Shown piece after piece: positions 63,689 through 64,000 of a stretch of 64,000 bases of DNA; the first letter of the stretch is position 1, and each line of letters begins with the position of its first letter. The stretch lies in contig NC_133617.1 of the NCBI RefSeq assembly GCF_048593235.1, positions 628,660,958 to 628,724,957 of the forward strand, in the 5' to 3' direction. Source of the stretch: Sminthopsis crassicaudata. Taxonomy: Eukaryota. The position numbers and the translations under genes are program-made. The notes beneath the pieces were generated by a model. That model had not been told where the DNA came from. It saw only the letters and a list, made by a program, of their open reading frames with translations, and did not search any database.

Positions 63689-63734
63689 CACTTACACACA
63701 TACACACGTAATACAAATGGGGACCCTATAATTA

Positions 63735-63965
63735 TTTTGTTGAATTGTTTCAGTCATGTCTGATTCTTCATGATTTCATTTGGTGTTTTCTTGGCAAACA
63801 TACTGGAATGGTTTGCCATTTCATTCTCCAGATCATTTTATAGATGTGAAAACTAAAGCAAAAGAAAATTAAGTGATTTTTCAACATCTAGTAAATGTAT
63901 GAGGCTAGATTTGAATTCAGGAGTGTGATTCTTCCTGAAAGAATCCACTGAGCCACCTCGCTGCC
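63735..63965 (-). mobile_element. MAR1-type SINE
   Basis: ttgtttcagtcatgtctgattcttcatga...gttttcttggcaaacatactggaatggtttgccatttcattctccag...atccactgagccacctcgctgcccc. Confidence 0.9.
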
Positions 63966-64000
63966 CCAACATAATTATGGCTAATAGTGGAATAGAAGAA

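Noticed and set aside
1-64000. CRISPR arrays, rRNA/tRNA genes, operons, CpG-island promoter
   Set aside because: None seen. tRNA-like A/B-box text occurs only as SINE heads, and the DNA is eukaryotic and CpG-depleted throughout.

Overview
AT-rich, CpG-poor vertebrate genomic DNA with no CpG island and one assembly gap (32199-32330). The repeat mix indicates a marsupial (inference): abundant MIR/MIR3, L2 and CR1/L3 relics plus MAR1-, WSINE1- and RTESINE/WALLSI-type SINEs, an RTE-clade LINE and marsupial-type L1 3' ends. Most of the window is nested, decayed transposon sequence, and none of the supplied ORFs is a recognisable intact protein apart from RTE reverse-transcriptase fragments. In the non-repeat islands I find a few isolated exon-like segments that I cannot assign to a named gene. 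The best are + 52887-52957 and - 58926-58798; weaker ones are + 27621-27700, + 42610-42723 and - 3596-3162. The window is therefore probably intronic or intergenic. The most notable structures are a 155-bp, 93.5%-identical inverted repeat (17185-18117), a 5'-intact but 3'-truncated RTE LINE, an old local duplication of non-TE DNA, a solo-LTR-like element, and several tandem arrays built from the CR1/MIR3 3' tail. Repeat family names come from recalled consensus features and boundaries were set by eye; RepeatMasker/Dfam should confirm them.
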